From: a virus
Taxonomy: Duplodnaviria; Caudoviricetes
Reading direction: 5' to 3' (one strand)
DNA length: 35,681 nt
Virus record (IMG/VR): IMGVR_UViG_3300027804_000131
Coordinates: 1 to 35,681 of that record
In this document: in pieces, positions 34,433 to 35,681 of the stretch
How the letters are laid out: every line of letters starts with the position of its first letter
How positions within the stretch are numbered: position 1 is the first letter of the stretch
The notes under the pieces: model-generated
Seen by the model: only the letters and a program-made list of their open reading frames with translations
Databases searched by the model: none
What the model was told of the DNA's origin: nothing
Program-made: the position numbers and the translations under genes

Positions 34433-34729
34433 ATGGACTATAGACAACAGGTTGTACATGCGGACGGTGATGGCGGTATTGTCATCGAGACTAAACAGGA
34501 TGTTACTGAGATACTTGAAAGTAACAAACAAATTCTGGAGGCAGACAAGCAAAGAGCAGGAAATCTTAATGAATTGCACCATATAGCTCGTATTCCATTC
34601 ACGGTCATTGATGACTTGAACAAGAAGGGAATAATGAAGGGCTTTGCAATAGTAGATGATGCGGCTTTTGCGAGTTGGCTTAATAGTTCCGATAATGCAC
34701 AATGGAAAGTCTATAGGGGGACAGTATGA
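34433..34729 (+). CDS. Head-module hypothetical protein
   Basis: QDVT.ILE.NK...HIARIP...WLN; SD GAGG. Confidence 0.7.
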   Translation: MDYRQQVVHADGDGGIVIETKQDVTEILESNKQILEADKQRAGNLNELHHIARIPFTVIDDLNKKGIMKGFAIVDDAAFASWLNSSDNAQWKVYRGTV

Positions 34730-35406
34730 TCGTAGGTGCTTGCGTACCAGCTAGGGATGAGGTTCACACATCGTTTGCTTTTGATTTCGCCAAGATGGTT
34801 GGCAGAGATTCAAGGCACAGATGCTCTAAAGAAGGTAATGGTCTAAAGCTCTATACGATGGCAGGAACGCTGATATTCGATCAGAGAGAGAAGCTAGTAG
34901 ATGCTGCTCTGGCTGAAGGATGCGATGCGATTCTGTTTATTGACTCTGATATGCGGTTTCCGTCTGACACTATTGATATTTTGTTAAGCCGTGATGTACC
35001 GATTGTTGGAGTTAATGCAGTAACAAGACGTAAGCCGACACTACCGACTGCGTTGAATCTACAAATTGAGAAGGATGAGAATGGCAAGATTATTCGTCAT
35101 GCTTGGCATAAGATAGATTCAATGGATAAAGAGGGCATAGAGCTTGTTACAGCGGTTGGTTTTGGTGTTGTGATGATCCGCAAGGAAGTCTTTGAGAAGG
35201 TTCCTAAGCCTTGGTTTGATGTTGGTTGGGGATCTAAGGGCATCATTGGCGAGGATGTGCATTTCTGCATCAAAGCCTTAGATGCTGGCATTCAGACTTA
35301 CGTAGATCATAGTTTATCTAAGCATATTGGTCACATTGGTACGTATGAGTATCGATGGGACGATGTAGAGGAAGGCGCTATAGAGGCGCACAATAACGGG
35401 AAATAG
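34726..35406 (+). CDS. Glycosyltransferase (GT-A fold)
   Basis: LFIDSDM DxD motif, VGFG..MIRKEVF, GEDVHFC, HIG. Confidence 0.85.
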   Translation: MIVGACVPARDEVHTSFAFDFAKMVGRDSRHRCSKEGNGLKLYTMAGTLIFDQREKLVDAALAEGCDAILFIDSDMRFPSDTIDILLSRDVPIVGVNAVTRRKPTLPTALNLQIEKDENGKIIRHAWHKIDSMDKEGIELVTAVGFGVVMIRKEVFEKVPKPWFDVGWGSKGIIGEDVHFCIKALDAGIQTYVDHSLSKHIGHIGTYEYRWDDVEEGAIEAHNNGK

Positions 35407-35408
35407 AC

Positions 35409-35681
35409 ATGGCATTTACGAGCTACAGTGACCTAAAGACTACGATAGCGAACTACCTAGCTCGTAGTGATCTGACTTCAGTTATCCCTGACTTTATCCG
35501 GTTAGCTGAGGAGCGTTTACGTCGTGATCTGAGAACCCGGCAGATGTTGGTCGTTGCTACGGCTGATACTGTTGGTGGTGACTCTACGATTGGTCTGCCT
35601 ACAGACTTCCTAGAGATGCGTGACATTCACCTAAACACCAATCCTATTGCTTCTTTGGCTTACGAGGCTCCTAACGCCTTC
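35409..35681 (+). CDS. Head-tail adaptor, 5' part (continues at window start, ends 509)
   Basis: ATG 35409, MAFTSYSDLKTTIANYLARSDLTSVIPDFIRLAEERLRRDLR; open to window end. Confidence 0.8.
   Translation, partial: MAFTSYSDLKTTIANYLARSDLTSVIPDFIRLAEERLRRDLRTRQMLVVATADTVGGDSTIGLPTDFLEMRDIHLNTNPIASLAYEAPNAF
35521..35681 (+). repeat. Terminal direct repeat, copy 2
   Basis: Matches 1-161 with three substitutions. Confidence 0.97.

Noticed and set aside
35521-35681. Biological direct terminal repeat of the virion DNA
   Set aside because: It falls mid-gene and its identical part is about one assembler k-mer long, so an assembly overlap is more likely.

Overview
The window is an apparently complete, circularly permuted ~35.5 kb (35,520 bp unit) tailed dsDNA phage genome with podovirus/P22-like architecture. 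Bases 1-161 recur at 35521-35681, and the head-tail adaptor gene crosses that junction. Gene order: adaptor, tail/fibre genes (three paralogous fibre tips), tail tube, ejection proteins, lysis cassette, metallophosphoesterase. A short leftward early operon follows (small ORFs, ERF recombinase, SSB, structured RNA block, HTH, MazG-like), then a rightward replication operon (DUF1376-type initiator, primase Zn finger, DnaB-like helicase, C5 methyltransferase, nucleases). An accessory late block (basic proteins, Cys-rich protein, SAM methyltransferase, glycosyltransferase, ColM-like protein) precedes terminase, portal, scaffold, capsid and a second glycosyltransferase. No integrase, tRNA, CRISPR or reverse transcriptase was seen. 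A proteobacterial host is an inference from gene families. Most notable: (1) a fully dual-coded C5 methyltransferase locus, whose +1 frame carries motif IX and four TRD-like repeats; (2) a ~335 nt gap-free array of structured RNA modules in the early operon; (3) codon-level avoidance of CCWGG, GGWCC and CTGCAG; (4) a [G/S]LL(G) terminal motif shared by ejection proteins and two unlinked accessory proteins, one resembling colicin M; (5) a C4/CI-like antisense RNA upstream of the initiator. All family assignments are by eye from motifs, and no searches were run.
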